From contig NZ_DASQVQ010000059.1 in NCBI RefSeq assembly GCF_035640695.1, positions 3,982 to 67,981 of the forward strand: DNA of 64,000 bases. Direction: 5' to 3'. This document shows positions 56,381 through 64,000 of this stretch, piece by piece. Position numbers and translations under genes: made by a program. Under the pieces are notes generated by a model that did no database searches, was not told where the DNA came from, and saw nothing but the letters and a program-made list of their open reading frames with translations. Within the stretch, counting starts at the first letter, position 1. The number at the start of each line of letters is the position of its first letter. This DNA is from Mycobacterium sp. (GTDB lineage: Bacteria; Actinomycetota; Actinomycetes; Mycobacteriales; Mycobacteriaceae).

Positions 56381-57142
56381 ATGGGGGTGCTGGACAAGTT
56401 TCGACTCGACGGCAAGGTCGTGATCGTCACCGGCGCCTCCTCTGGCCTTGGCGTGTCGTTCGCCGAAGCTTGCGCCCAAGCCGGGGCGGACGTGGTGCTG
56501 GCCGCACGTCGTGCCGAAAAGCTCGCCGAGACAGCGGAACTGGTCAAGTCGGCCGGCCGTCGCGCGCTGACCGTGGCCACCGACGTGACCGATCCGGCGC
56601 AGTGTAAGGCGATGGTGGACGCCGCGGTTGACGAATACGGGCGTGTCGATGTGCTGGTCAACAACGCCGGCGTCGGTACCGCGGTTCCGGCCACCCGTGA
56701 GACTCCAGAACAATTTCGTTCGGTGGTCGACATCAACCTGCACGGCTCCTACTGGGCCGCCCAGGCGTGCGCCCGTGTCATGCGGCCGGGGAGTTCGATT
56801 GTCAACATCTCCAGCATTCTCGCCCTGACCACGGCCGGGCTACCGCAGGCGGCGTACAGCGCGAGCAAGGCCGCGGTGATCGGGCTGACACGTGATCTCG
56901 CTCAGCAGTGGGGGTCTCGGAAAGGCATCCGTGTCAACGCCATTGCGCCGGGTTTCTTCGAATCGGAGATGACCGGCCAGTACAAGCCGGGATATGTCGA
57001 GAGCCTCACACCACGAGTGCTGCTGCAGCGGATGGGCGATCCGATGGAGTTGGCCGCGACGCTTGTCTGGCTGGTTTCGGACGCCGGCGGTTACGTCACC
57101 GGCCAGACGATCGTCGTCGACGGCGGCGTGAGCATCACGTAG
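56381..57142 (+). CDS. SDR family oxidoreductase (FabG-like)
   Basis: MGVLDKFRLDGKVVIVTGASSGLG, NNAG, YSASKAA. GGAGGA SD. Confidence 0.85.
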   Translation: MGVLDKFRLDGKVVIVTGASSGLGVSFAEACAQAGADVVLAARRAEKLAETAELVKSAGRRALTVATDVTDPAQCKAMVDAAVDEYGRVDVLVNNAGVGTAVPATRETPEQFRSVVDINLHGSYWAAQACARVMRPGSSIVNISSILALTTAGLPQAAYSASKAAVIGLTRDLAQQWGSRKGIRVNAIAPGFFESEMTGQYKPGYVESLTPRVLLQRMGDPMELAATLVWLVSDAGGYVTGQTIVVDGGVSIT

Positions 57143-57558
57143 TGGCACAGCCCGGCTTTTGGATTCGTTCGATTGGTCGGGTCGAGTCGACTCTCACCGA
57201 TTGTGCCACGGCTCCGCGCCAAGGCGACGAGGGTTCTCCCGACAGCTGGCTGGTGTTCGATCCCGACGTGCGGGCGGCGCTCGCCGGTCTGCACCCCGGG
57301 GACGACATCGTGGTAATCACGTGGTTGCACCTCGCCGACAGAGACGTTCGCCAAGTGCATCCGCGCGGTGACCGAGACCGACCGATGCAGGGCGTATTTG
57401 CCACCCGATCGCCGGATCGGCCAAATCCGCTCGGGCTTCACGTGGTGACCATTCTTGCGGTCGAAGACCTGCGCGTCCGGGTGCGAAACCTCGAGGCGAT
57501 CGACCGCACGCCCGTCGTTGACATCAAACCTGTGCTGGGGCCCCGCCGGGAACGCTAG
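57142..57558 (+). CDS. TsaA/TrmO-like (UPF0066) domain protein, short form
   Basis: IRSIGRVES......FDPDVRAALAGLHPGDDIVVITWLH...GVFATRSPDRPNPLGLHVV..L......L.V..L.A.D.TPVVDIKP matches the TrmO N-domain pattern. GTG shares one nt with the SDR TAG. Confidence 0.7.
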   Translation: MAQPGFWIRSIGRVESTLTDCATAPRQGDEGSPDSWLVFDPDVRAALAGLHPGDDIVVITWLHLADRDVRQVHPRGDRDRPMQGVFATRSPDRPNPLGLHVVTILAVEDLRVRVRNLEAIDRTPVVDIKPVLGPRRER

Positions 57559-57600
57559 CTTTGATCGCATGCAATCACCCGGAGCCAGAACGTTGCCTAC

Positions 57601-57936
57601 ATGCACGGCTTCGGTGACTTCCTCGGCAATTTTTTGCAAGACACCAGAGTGACGCCGGCGTCACGATCGATCACAGTCGACATCTTTCTGTTCGGCCTCG
57701 CGGCCACGATCTGGATGGTGATCGAGGCGAGGAAGCACGGCGTCAGGTTCGTGTGGGCCTATGTCGTAGGTGGATTCCTCATCGCAATCAGCGTGACGTT
57801 TCCGTTGTTTCTGCTGGCGCGTGAACTTCGCCTGGACAAGTCGGACACCACACAGCTGCGTGCCGCAGACACCGTCCTGCTGGTTGTAATCGCCGCGGCA
57901 ACGGCCGCCATGGTCATCTGGGTCGACATGGTCTAA
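57601..57936 (+). CDS. DUF2834 family small membrane protein
   Basis: 111 aa, 3-4 TM helices, VDIFLFGLAATIWMVIEARKHGV..PLFLLAREL pattern remembered for DUF2834. Confidence 0.6.
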   Translation: MHGFGDFLGNFLQDTRVTPASRSITVDIFLFGLAATIWMVIEARKHGVRFVWAYVVGGFLIAISVTFPLFLLARELRLDKSDTTQLRAADTVLLVVIAAATAAMVIWVDMV

Positions 57937-57985
57937 ACCGCCCGAGACAAGGAGATTCGGGTGATCAAGATCGTGATCGACGACC

Positions 57986-60298
57986 TCACTCCTGCGCGAC
58001 ATCGGCGGGGCTCTTGTCCGGTCGCAGCCCACGCCAGCTCGGGTGACGCAGCCGGCCGTCACCCGTCCATTCGCTGTAACGCACCTCACCGACGAGCTTC
58101 GGCTCAACGAATGTCACGCCCTTGGCGTCCTGCGTGGGAAGCCTTGCCGTGAACGGTGATTCGTCGGTTTCCAGCGGCCCCAAGACCTTCTTGAGCCGCG
58201 CAAGCTCGCGTTCGGTGAAACCGGTACCGACGCGCCCGACGTACTGCAGCCGCCCATTGTCGGGAATGCCCATCACCAAGGAGCCGATGCCGCTGGTGCG
58301 GCCGCCGGTTCCCTCTTTCCAACCGCCGATCACGACTTCCTGGGTGTTCCAGTTCTTGTCTTTGACCCACGACTGCGACCGCCGACCCGGCTGATACGTC
58401 GAGTCCCACCGCTTGGCCACGACCCCTTCCCAGCCGCGCCTGCGCGATTCCTCGAGCGCCTCGGCGCCGTCGCCGGTGAGCAGGTCCTTGACGATGAGCT
58501 CGTCGCGGTCGCCAGCCAGTGCCTCAAGGATGCGGCGCCGATCGCGGTATTTGGCGCGCACCAGCGACCGCCCGTCGAGTTCAAGCACATCAAACGCCCA
58601 GTACTCGATGCGCGTCGCGCGGGCGCGGTTCTGCATCTCACCGAAGCTGGGCACACCGGACTCGTCGAGCGCGACAACCTCGCCGTCGAGCAGCACGTGG
58701 TGGTCGAACAGTGCGTTGACGACCTGCCGCAGCTGCGGATACTCATGGGTGACATCACGACCGCTGCGCGACTGCAGGCACATGCTGCCGTGGTCCGCGA
58801 CCATCAGCAGTCGATAGCCGTCCCACTTGCCATCGAACGCCCACTGCGCGGCCCTCAGCTTGGTCACCGACCCAGGCGTTGCCAGCATCGGTGCGAGATC
58901 TTGCGGCGTCGGCGACTTTTGGTCCTTCATCCGATGGGCCAGCCACTGATCGCCGTTCGTCTGGATGAGTGCGTAGCGGCCGGACACCCGGTTGCCGTGC
59001 AGGTTGACGATCACCTCGTTGTCGCGGAATTTCTCCGCGTCATAGGTCCCGGTGTCCCAGACGATCATCTTGCCCGCGCCGTACTCACCCTTCGGGATCG
59101 TCCCCTCGAACGTCAGATACTCCAGCGGGTGGTCCTCGGTATGTACCGCAAGATGATTCACCGCGGGCGTCTCGGGCAGATTCTTCGGCACCGCCCAGCT
59201 GACCAGCACGCCGTCGCGCTCCAGCCGCAGGTCGTAATGCAGCCGCCTGGCGTGATGTTCCTGGATGACGAACACATTGTTCTTTCCCGCCTTGGGCGCC
59301 GAGCCGGGCACGGGCTCCGGTGTTTTCGACGCGTCCCGCATGCTTCGGTACCTCGTCAGCCGGTCCTCTTGCGCGATGTCCGCATCGAGCGCCTCCAGCA
59401 GATCACCATCGCGCGCCACGCGGGCCAGCACCTCGTCATAACGCAGATGCCGCAGCCTGTCGTCATCGAGTTCCGCCCATGTCCGGGGCGCGGCCACGGT
59501 CGGCTGCTCCCTTCCGCGCAGCGAGTACGGCGCGATCGTGGTTTTCGAAGCGTTGTTCTGACTCCAGTCGACGAACACCTTCCCCGCCCGAAGCTTCTTG
59601 GTCATTGTCGAGGTCACCAGCTTCGGCGTGGCCTGTTCCAGCTGCTGGGCGACCCGTCGCGCCAGTGTCACCGCGCCCTGCGAGCTGACCGGCTTGTCCA
59701 GCGGCACGTACAGGTGAATACCCTTGCTGCCGCTGGTGACGGGGTAGGTAGTCAAGCCGATATCGGTGAACAGGTCCCGTATCGTGCGCGCCACATCGGC
59801 GAGCTGCGACATCGTCACGCCCTCACCGGGATCGAGGTCGAACACCAAACGCGTTGCAGGGCCAGGCTTTCCGTCGACGAATCGCCATTGCGGCACGTGC
59901 ACCTCGAGCGCTGCCTGCTGGGCGATCCACGCCAGCCCAACGGAGTCGTCGATCACCGGATAGGTGGTCGTTCCGGACCGGTGCACGACGGACTCGCGGT
60001 GCAGCCAGTCGGGCGCCGACTCGGCGAGTTGCTTTTCGAAGAACGACGGTTCCTCGACGCCGTTGGGCCAACGTTTGCGGGTGACGGCGCGGCCGGCGAT
60101 GTGGGGAACCATCACCTCGGCGATGCTGGTGTAGTAGCCGAAGACGTCTTCCTTGGTCGTGCCGGTTGCCGGATAGAGCACCTTGTCGGCGTTGCTGAGG
60201 CGAACCTGCGGCCCCGAGGTCACCCCCGGTGGCCATTCGTGCGGTACGCGCTTCATTTCGACGGGATTCCCTGACATTCGCACTGATGAACGTTCCAA
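57986..60298 (-). CDS. ligD: Multifunctional NHEJ ligase LigD (polymerase/primase - phosphoesterase - ATP ligase)
   Basis: LSNADKVLYPATGTTK, FVIQEHHARRLHYDLRLE, ligase C-terminus. Collinear with remembered Mtb Rv0938. The true start may be an internal Met (60277 or 60256). Confidence 0.95.
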   Translation of the reverse strand: MERSSVRMSGNPVEMKRVPHEWPPGVTSGPQVRLSNADKVLYPATGTTKEDVFGYYTSIAEVMVPHIAGRAVTRKRWPNGVEEPSFFEKQLAESAPDWLHRESVVHRSGTTTYPVIDDSVGLAWIAQQAALEVHVPQWRFVDGKPGPATRLVFDLDPGEGVTMSQLADVARTIRDLFTDIGLTTYPVTSGSKGIHLYVPLDKPVSSQGAVTLARRVAQQLEQATPKLVTSTMTKKLRAGKVFVDWSQNNASKTTIAPYSLRGREQPTVAAPRTWAELDDDRLRHLRYDEVLARVARDGDLLEALDADIAQEDRLTRYRSMRDASKTPEPVPGSAPKAGKNNVFVIQEHHARRLHYDLRLERDGVLVSWAVPKNLPETPAVNHLAVHTEDHPLEYLTFEGTIPKGEYGAGKMIVWDTGTYDAEKFRDNEVIVNLHGNRVSGRYALIQTNGDQWLAHRMKDQKSPTPQDLAPMLATPGSVTKLRAAQWAFDGKWDGYRLLMVADHGSMCLQSRSGRDVTHEYPQLRQVVNALFDHHVLLDGEVVALDESGVPSFGEMQNRARATRIEYWAFDVLELDGRSLVRAKYRDRRRILEALAGDRDELIVKDLLTGDGAEALEESRRRGWEGVVAKRWDSTYQPGRRSQSWVKDKNWNTQEVVIGGWKEGTGGRTSGIGSLVMGIPDNGRLQYVGRVGTGFTERELARLKKVLGPLETDESPFTARLPTQDAKGVTFVEPKLVGEVRYSEWTGDGRLRHPSWRGLRPDKSPADVAQE

Positions 60299-60382
60299 TC
60301 CGGTATACGCGAAAAGCTTGCCCGAAGCGTCGCCACCAGCGCCCGCGGTTTCGGATCAGGCCAGGTGGGCCATACTTGCCGT

Positions 60383-61306
60383 ATGCGTTCCATCTGGAAG
60401 GGCTCGCTTTCGTTCGGGTTGGTGAACGTCCCGGTCAAGGTGTACAGCGCGACCGAGGACCATGATGTGAAGTTTCACCAGGTCCACGCGAAGGACAACG
60501 GGCGGATTCGCTACAAGCGGGTGTGCGAGGTCTGTGGCGAGGTCGTCGACTATCGCGATATCGCCCGGGCTTACGAATCCGATGACGGGCGCATGGTCGT
60601 CATCACCGACGACGACATTGCGACGTTGCCCGAGGAGCGCAGCCGGGAGATCGAGGTCCTGGAATTCGTGCCCGCTAGCGAGATCGATCCGTTGATGTAC
60701 GACCGTAGCTACTATCTCGAGCCGGATTCGAAGTCGACAAAGTCCTACGTTTTACTTGCGAAGACACTCGAGCAGACCGATCGGGTCGCGATCGTGCACT
60801 TCGCGCTGCGCAACAAGACGCGGCTTGCCGCTTTGCGGGTCAAGGATTTCAGCAAGCGCGAAGTCATGGTGATCCACACGCTGCTGTGGCCCGACGAGAT
60901 CCGTGATCCGGACTTCCCGGTACTGGACAAAAAGGTTGAAATAAAACCGGCCGAACTCAAGATGGCCAGTCAGGTTGTCGAGTCGATGGCCGACGATTTC
61001 AATCCCGATCGCTACCACGACACCTATCAGGAAGAGCTACGCGAACTCGTCGAGGCGAAACTGGAAGGTGGTGAAGCGTTTACCACCGAAGAGCAGCCCA
61101 AGGAGCTTGAGCCCACCGAAGATGTCTCGGACTTGTTGGCCGCGCTCGAAGCCAGCGTGAAGCGCCGCCGCTCCGAGGCCCGCGAAACTCCCGCCAAGAA
61201 AGCACCTGCCAAGAACGCCCCCGCCAAGAAGTCTGCCGCGAAGAAGGCGCCGGCGAAAAAAGCATCCAGCAAGGCTCCCGCCAAGAAGGCCGCGGCCAAG
61301 AAGTAG
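60383..61306 (+). CDS. ku: NHEJ DNA end-binding protein Ku with Lys/Ala/Pro-rich C-terminal tail
   Basis: MRSIWKGSLSFGLVNVPVKVYSATEDHD canonical bacterial Ku. Tail PAKKAPAKNAPAKKSAAKKAPAKKASSKAPAKKAAAKK. Confidence 0.95.
   Translation: MRSIWKGSLSFGLVNVPVKVYSATEDHDVKFHQVHAKDNGRIRYKRVCEVCGEVVDYRDIARAYESDDGRMVVITDDDIATLPEERSREIEVLEFVPASEIDPLMYDRSYYLEPDSKSTKSYVLLAKTLEQTDRVAIVHFALRNKTRLAALRVKDFSKREVMVIHTLLWPDEIRDPDFPVLDKKVEIKPAELKMASQVVESMADDFNPDRYHDTYQEELRELVEAKLEGGEAFTTEEQPKELEPTEDVSDLLAALEASVKRRRSEARETPAKKAPAKNAPAKKSAAKKAPAKKASSKAPAKKAAAKK
61190..61303 (+). repeat. PAKKA-type low-complexity repeat tract (Ku tail)
   Basis: Repeated cccgccaagaa / gcgccggcgaaaaa units encoding (P/S)AKK(A) motifs. 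Confidence 0.85.
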
Positions 61307-61374
61307 GTTCCACCCCGAACCCGCTCGCCACCCGTGACGTGTACACCGCGAACGGCAATCGCTAGTCTGCCCGC

Positions 61375-62166
61375 GTGATCCTTGACAAATTCCGGCTGGA
61401 CGACCGGGTCGCCGTCATCACGGGTGCGGGCCGCGGCCTCGGCGCCGCTATCGCGCTTGCGTTCGCCGAAGCCGGCGCCGACGTAGTCATCTCGTCTCGC
61501 ACCCAATCCGAGCTCGATGGTGTCGCCGACCAGATCCGCAGCGTGGGCCGCCGCGCCCACGTCGTCGCCGCCGACCTCGCGCATCCTGATGCGACGGCAA
61601 CGCTGGCAGGCGCCGCGGTGGCGACATTTAACCGACTCGACATCGTCGTCAACAATGTCGGCGGCACGATGCCAAACCTTTTGTTGAACACCAGCACAAA
61701 GGACTTGAAGGACGCATTCACTTTCAACGTCGTCACCGCGCACGCGCTGACCACCGCGGCGGCGCCGCTCATGCTCGAGCACTCTGGCGGTGGCAGCATC
61801 ATCAACATCACCTCGACGATGGGCCGGCTATCCGGGCGGGGATTCGCCGCCTACGGAACCGCGAAGGCCGCGCTCGCTCACTACACCCGCCTGGCGGCGT
61901 TAGATCTCTGCCCCCGCATCCGCGTGAACGCGATCGCGCCCGGGTCGATACTCACCTCTGCGCTCGAAGTGGTCGCAGGCAACGACGAGCTGCGCAAGCC
62001 GATGGAGAACGCCACGCCATTGCGCCGGCTCGGCGAACCTGCGGACATCGCCGCCGCGGCACTCTATCTCGCGTCTCCTGCGGGGTCCTTCCTGACCGGC
62101 AAGACGCTCGAGGTCGACGGTGGACTGGTCGCACCCAACCTCGACCTGCCCATCCCAGACTTGTGA
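61375..62166 (+). CDS. SDR family oxidoreductase (Rv0927c-like)
   Basis: [30 protein letters not shown]. Paralogous N-terminus to the SDR at 56381. Confidence 0.85.
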   Translation: MILDKFRLDDRVAVITGAGRGLGAAIALAFAEAGADVVISSRTQSELDGVADQIRSVGRRAHVVAADLAHPDATATLAGAAVATFNRLDIVVNNVGGTMPNLLLNTSTKDLKDAFTFNVVTAHALTTAAAPLMLEHSGGGSIINITSTMGRLSGRGFAAYGTAKAALAHYTRLAALDLCPRIRVNAIAPGSILTSALEVVAGNDELRKPMENATPLRRLGEPADIAAAALYLASPAGSFLTGKTLEVDGGLVAPNLDLPIPDL

Positions 62167-62176
62167 GGACACATCC

Positions 62177-63253
62177 ATGACCATTCGAGTCGCCCAGATC
62201 GGCACCGGCAACGTCGGCCGCCACGCGCTTACCGGCATCGTCGCCAGCCCCGAGCTTGAGCTCGCCGCCGTGTGGGTCGCTTCGCAGCAGAAGGCCGGCC
62301 GCGACGCGGCCGAGCTTGCCGGCCTGCCCGCGCCGACCGGCGTCAAGGCGACGAATGATCTCGCGGAAGTGATTGCCGCCAACCCCGATTGCGCCGTCTA
62401 CACCGCGATGGCAGACAATCGGCTGCCCGAAGCGCTGGAGGATTACCGCCGGCTGCTGGCGGCCGGCATCAACGTCGTCGGCAGCGGGCCGGTGTTTCTG
62501 CAGTACCCGTGGCAGGTGATTCCCGGAGAGCTGATCTCGCCACTGGAAGAGGCCACGCGGCAAGGCAATTCGAGCTTATTCGTCAACGGCATCGACCCCG
62601 GCTTCGCCAACGACCTGCTGCCGCTGGCCCTGGCCGGGACGTGCCAGCGCATCCAGCAGGTGCGCTGCATGGAGATCGTCGACTACGCCACCTACGACAG
62701 CGCGACCGTGATGTTCGACATCATGGGATTCGGCAAGCCGCTTGACGAGATACCCATCCTGCTGCAGCCCGGCGTGCTGAGCCTGGCGTGGGGTTCGGTG
62801 GTGCGGCAACTGGCGGCGGGCCTTGGCATCGCGCTGGACGAAGTCGTCGATGTCTACTTCCGCGAACCCGCCCCGGAGGACTTCGAAATCGCCTCCGGGT
62901 TCGTGCCGAAAGGCACCGCGGCCGGGCTGCGGTTCGAGGTGCGCGGCCTCGTCGACGAGCGGCCCGCCGTCGTCCTCGAACACGTCACCCGGCTGCGCGG
63001 GGACCTGTGCCCCGATTGGCCGCAGCCGGCTCAGCCCGGCGGCTCGTACCGGGTCGAAATCACCGGCGAGCCGTCATATGCCATGGACATCTGCCTGAGC
63101 AGCCGCAATGGGGATCACAATCACGCCGGCCTGGTGGCCACCGCGATGCGCGTCGTCAACGCCATCCCCGCTGTGGTGGCCGCCGAGCCCGGTATCCGCA
63201 CCACGCTGGATCTGCCCCTCATCACTGGCAAAGGGCTGTACGCTCCCTTTTAG
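62177..63253 (+). CDS. DapB-like / NAD(P)H-dependent amine dehydrogenase family protein (Rv0926c-like)
   Basis: MTIRVAQIGTGNVGRHAL Rossmann N-terminus, 358 aa. Confidence 0.75.
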   Translation: MTIRVAQIGTGNVGRHALTGIVASPELELAAVWVASQQKAGRDAAELAGLPAPTGVKATNDLAEVIAANPDCAVYTAMADNRLPEALEDYRRLLAAGINVVGSGPVFLQYPWQVIPGELISPLEEATRQGNSSLFVNGIDPGFANDLLPLALAGTCQRIQQVRCMEIVDYATYDSATVMFDIMGFGKPLDEIPILLQPGVLSLAWGSVVRQLAAGLGIALDEVVDVYFREPAPEDFEIASGFVPKGTAAGLRFEVRGLVDERPAVVLEHVTRLRGDLCPDWPQPAQPGGSYRVEITGEPSYAMDICLSSRNGDHNHAGLVATAMRVVNAIPAVVAAEPGIRTTLDLPLITGKGLYAPF

Positions 63254-63277
63254 AGACCACCGTTCGGGAGGATCGCT

Positions 63278-63541
63278 ATGGTGATTCGACATGCTCATCT
63301 GGCTCCTTTGCTCGTTGCGGCCGGCGCCGCGGCTGCAATCATGTTGTGCCCCAATGCCATAGCGCAGCCGGACTGCACTAATGTACCCGGTGCCAGCGAA
63401 TGTTCCTCGCCCGGCAACGTGCAGATAAATGCGACGCCGACTACGGAGCCGTTCACCCTTCCGTACTGGGATGAGGTCTTCGGCGGCGGCGCATACACCG
63501 GCGGGCCGTATCCGGTGCCGTACGCCGAAGGCAGCCGCTAG
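63278..63541 (+). CDS. Small secreted Cys-pair protein (possibly 'Ibp1-like' mycobacterial family)
   Basis: Signal peptide ..LLVAAGAAAAIMLCPNAIA, then DCTNVPGASECSSPGNVQINATP. 87 aa. Confidence 0.55.
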   Translation: MVIRHAHLAPLLVAAGAAAAIMLCPNAIAQPDCTNVPGASECSSPGNVQINATPTTEPFTLPYWDEVFGGGAYTGGPYPVPYAEGSR

Positions 63542-63550
63542 GCAGCGGAC

Positions 63551-63811
63551 ATGAAGGCAACGCCGCACTACCTGACACCGCTACTGGCGGCCGGCGTTGT
63601 CGCGTCCGTTGTCGCCGCGCCGGCGGCAGCGGCGGCGCCCAAATGCACCAGCACCACCCGGACGACCACTCAATGTGAGCGCGGCGGCGGCAGTACCGCC
63701 ATCGTCACCGGGCCGGGTTCGTATGCCGACAATGCCGCGTTCCCGTTCCCTGAATATCCGTGGGGCACCGGCGGGATCGGCGGGCCGATCCTTGGCAAAG
63801 GTGGAATCTGA
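63551..63811 (+). CDS. Small secreted Cys-pair protein, paralogue of the preceding gene
   Basis: Signal peptide ..LLAAGVVASVVAAPAAAAA, then KCTSTTRTTTQCERGGGSTAIVTGP. 86 aa, Gly-rich C-terminus. Confidence 0.55.
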   Translation: MKATPHYLTPLLAAGVVASVVAAPAAAAAPKCTSTTRTTTQCERGGGSTAIVTGPGSYADNAAFPFPEYPWGTGGIGGPILGKGGI

Positions 63812-63863
63812 CCGCCCGAAACCGGCGTAGGCTCTGTGTAGGTTGGGCGCCGGAAGGATGCCT

Positions 63864-64000
63864 ATGGGAGCGGCACAGCTACTTGACGACTGGTGCACGC
63901 GACGTCGCCGCCACAAGCTCACCTCGGATGGTTTATTGCTTTTCCTCATAACGGTTTTCGGGGCGAGCGGCGTAGCCCTTGCGCCGACGGCCGCGGCCAC
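63864..64000 (+). CDS. Possible 5' end of a membrane protein gene (runs off window end)
   Basis: ATG behind GGAAGGA. Open frame MGAAQLLDDWCTRRRRHKLTSDGLLLFLITVFGASGVALAP.. to the window end. No family recognised and GC3 is only moderate. Confidence 0.3.
   Translation, partial: MGAAQLLDDWCTRRRRHKLTSDGLLLFLITVFGASGVALAPTAAA

Noticed and set aside
60280-60300. LexA SOS box near the ligD start (tgatGAACGTTCcaat).
   Set aside because: The mycobacterial SOS box is GAAC-N4-GTTC. Here the half-sites abut with no spacer, and the sequence lies within or at the ligD 5' coding end.
1-64000. tRNA, rRNA, IS element, integrase and PE/PPE genes.
   Set aside because: No T-loop-like GGTTCGAATCC motifs, no rRNA-like stretches, no transposase/integrase-like ORFs and no PE/PPE or PGRS Gly-Ala repeat ORFs were seen on either strand. 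This absence is based on visual inspection only.

Overview
High-GC (about 68%) chromosomal segment of a Mycobacterium. From memory of M. tuberculosis H37Rv, gene order is collinear in inverted orientation with Rv0982 (mprB) through about Rv0926c: mprBA, rpmF, the Rv0976c-Rv0971c atu/liu-like carboxylase operon, Rv0959/Rv0958, purHN, perM, sucCD, uvrD1, chorismate mutase, pgi, fpg2, ligD/ku. The PE_PGRS genes, copper island and pst/pknD block that I recall from the MTBC are not seen here, and several blocks that I do not recall from Mtb are present. I support 58 CDS (2 partial), 2 pseudogene remnants, no tRNA/rRNA, no CRISPR and no transposase or integrase. The most unusual content lies in an accessory block at about 39.3-57.9 kb between fpg2 and ligD. 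(i) An orphan CheB-like methylesterase, a STAS/RsbW-type fusion and a CheR-PAS-coiled-coil-PAS gene triplet, with no MCP/CheA/CheW/CheY and no sigma factor in the window. The CheR protein carries nine heptads with EE..[ST]T spacing that could be a built-in methylation substrate. (ii) A tightly packed cluster of DUF3556 membrane protein, CrtI-like oxidoreductase, long acyl-CoA dehydrogenase, SDR, short TsaA/TrmO-like protein and DUF2834. (iii) An AurF-like diiron oxygenase fused to DUF4873. Elsewhere there is a zinc-ribbon-cyclase-STAND ATPase lacking any DNA-binding output. Short C-rich tandem direct repeats (16-24 bp period) sit exactly between stop codons at several loci, and one forms a canonical G-quadruplex motif on the opposite strand. 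There is also an MprA-box-type 8-3-8 repeat, a RecA-NDp/PafBC-type promoter motif upstream of uvrD1, and two decayed genes (LLM oxidoreductase, DUF417). All family assignments rest on by-eye motif recognition and remembered Mtb sequences. No searches were run.
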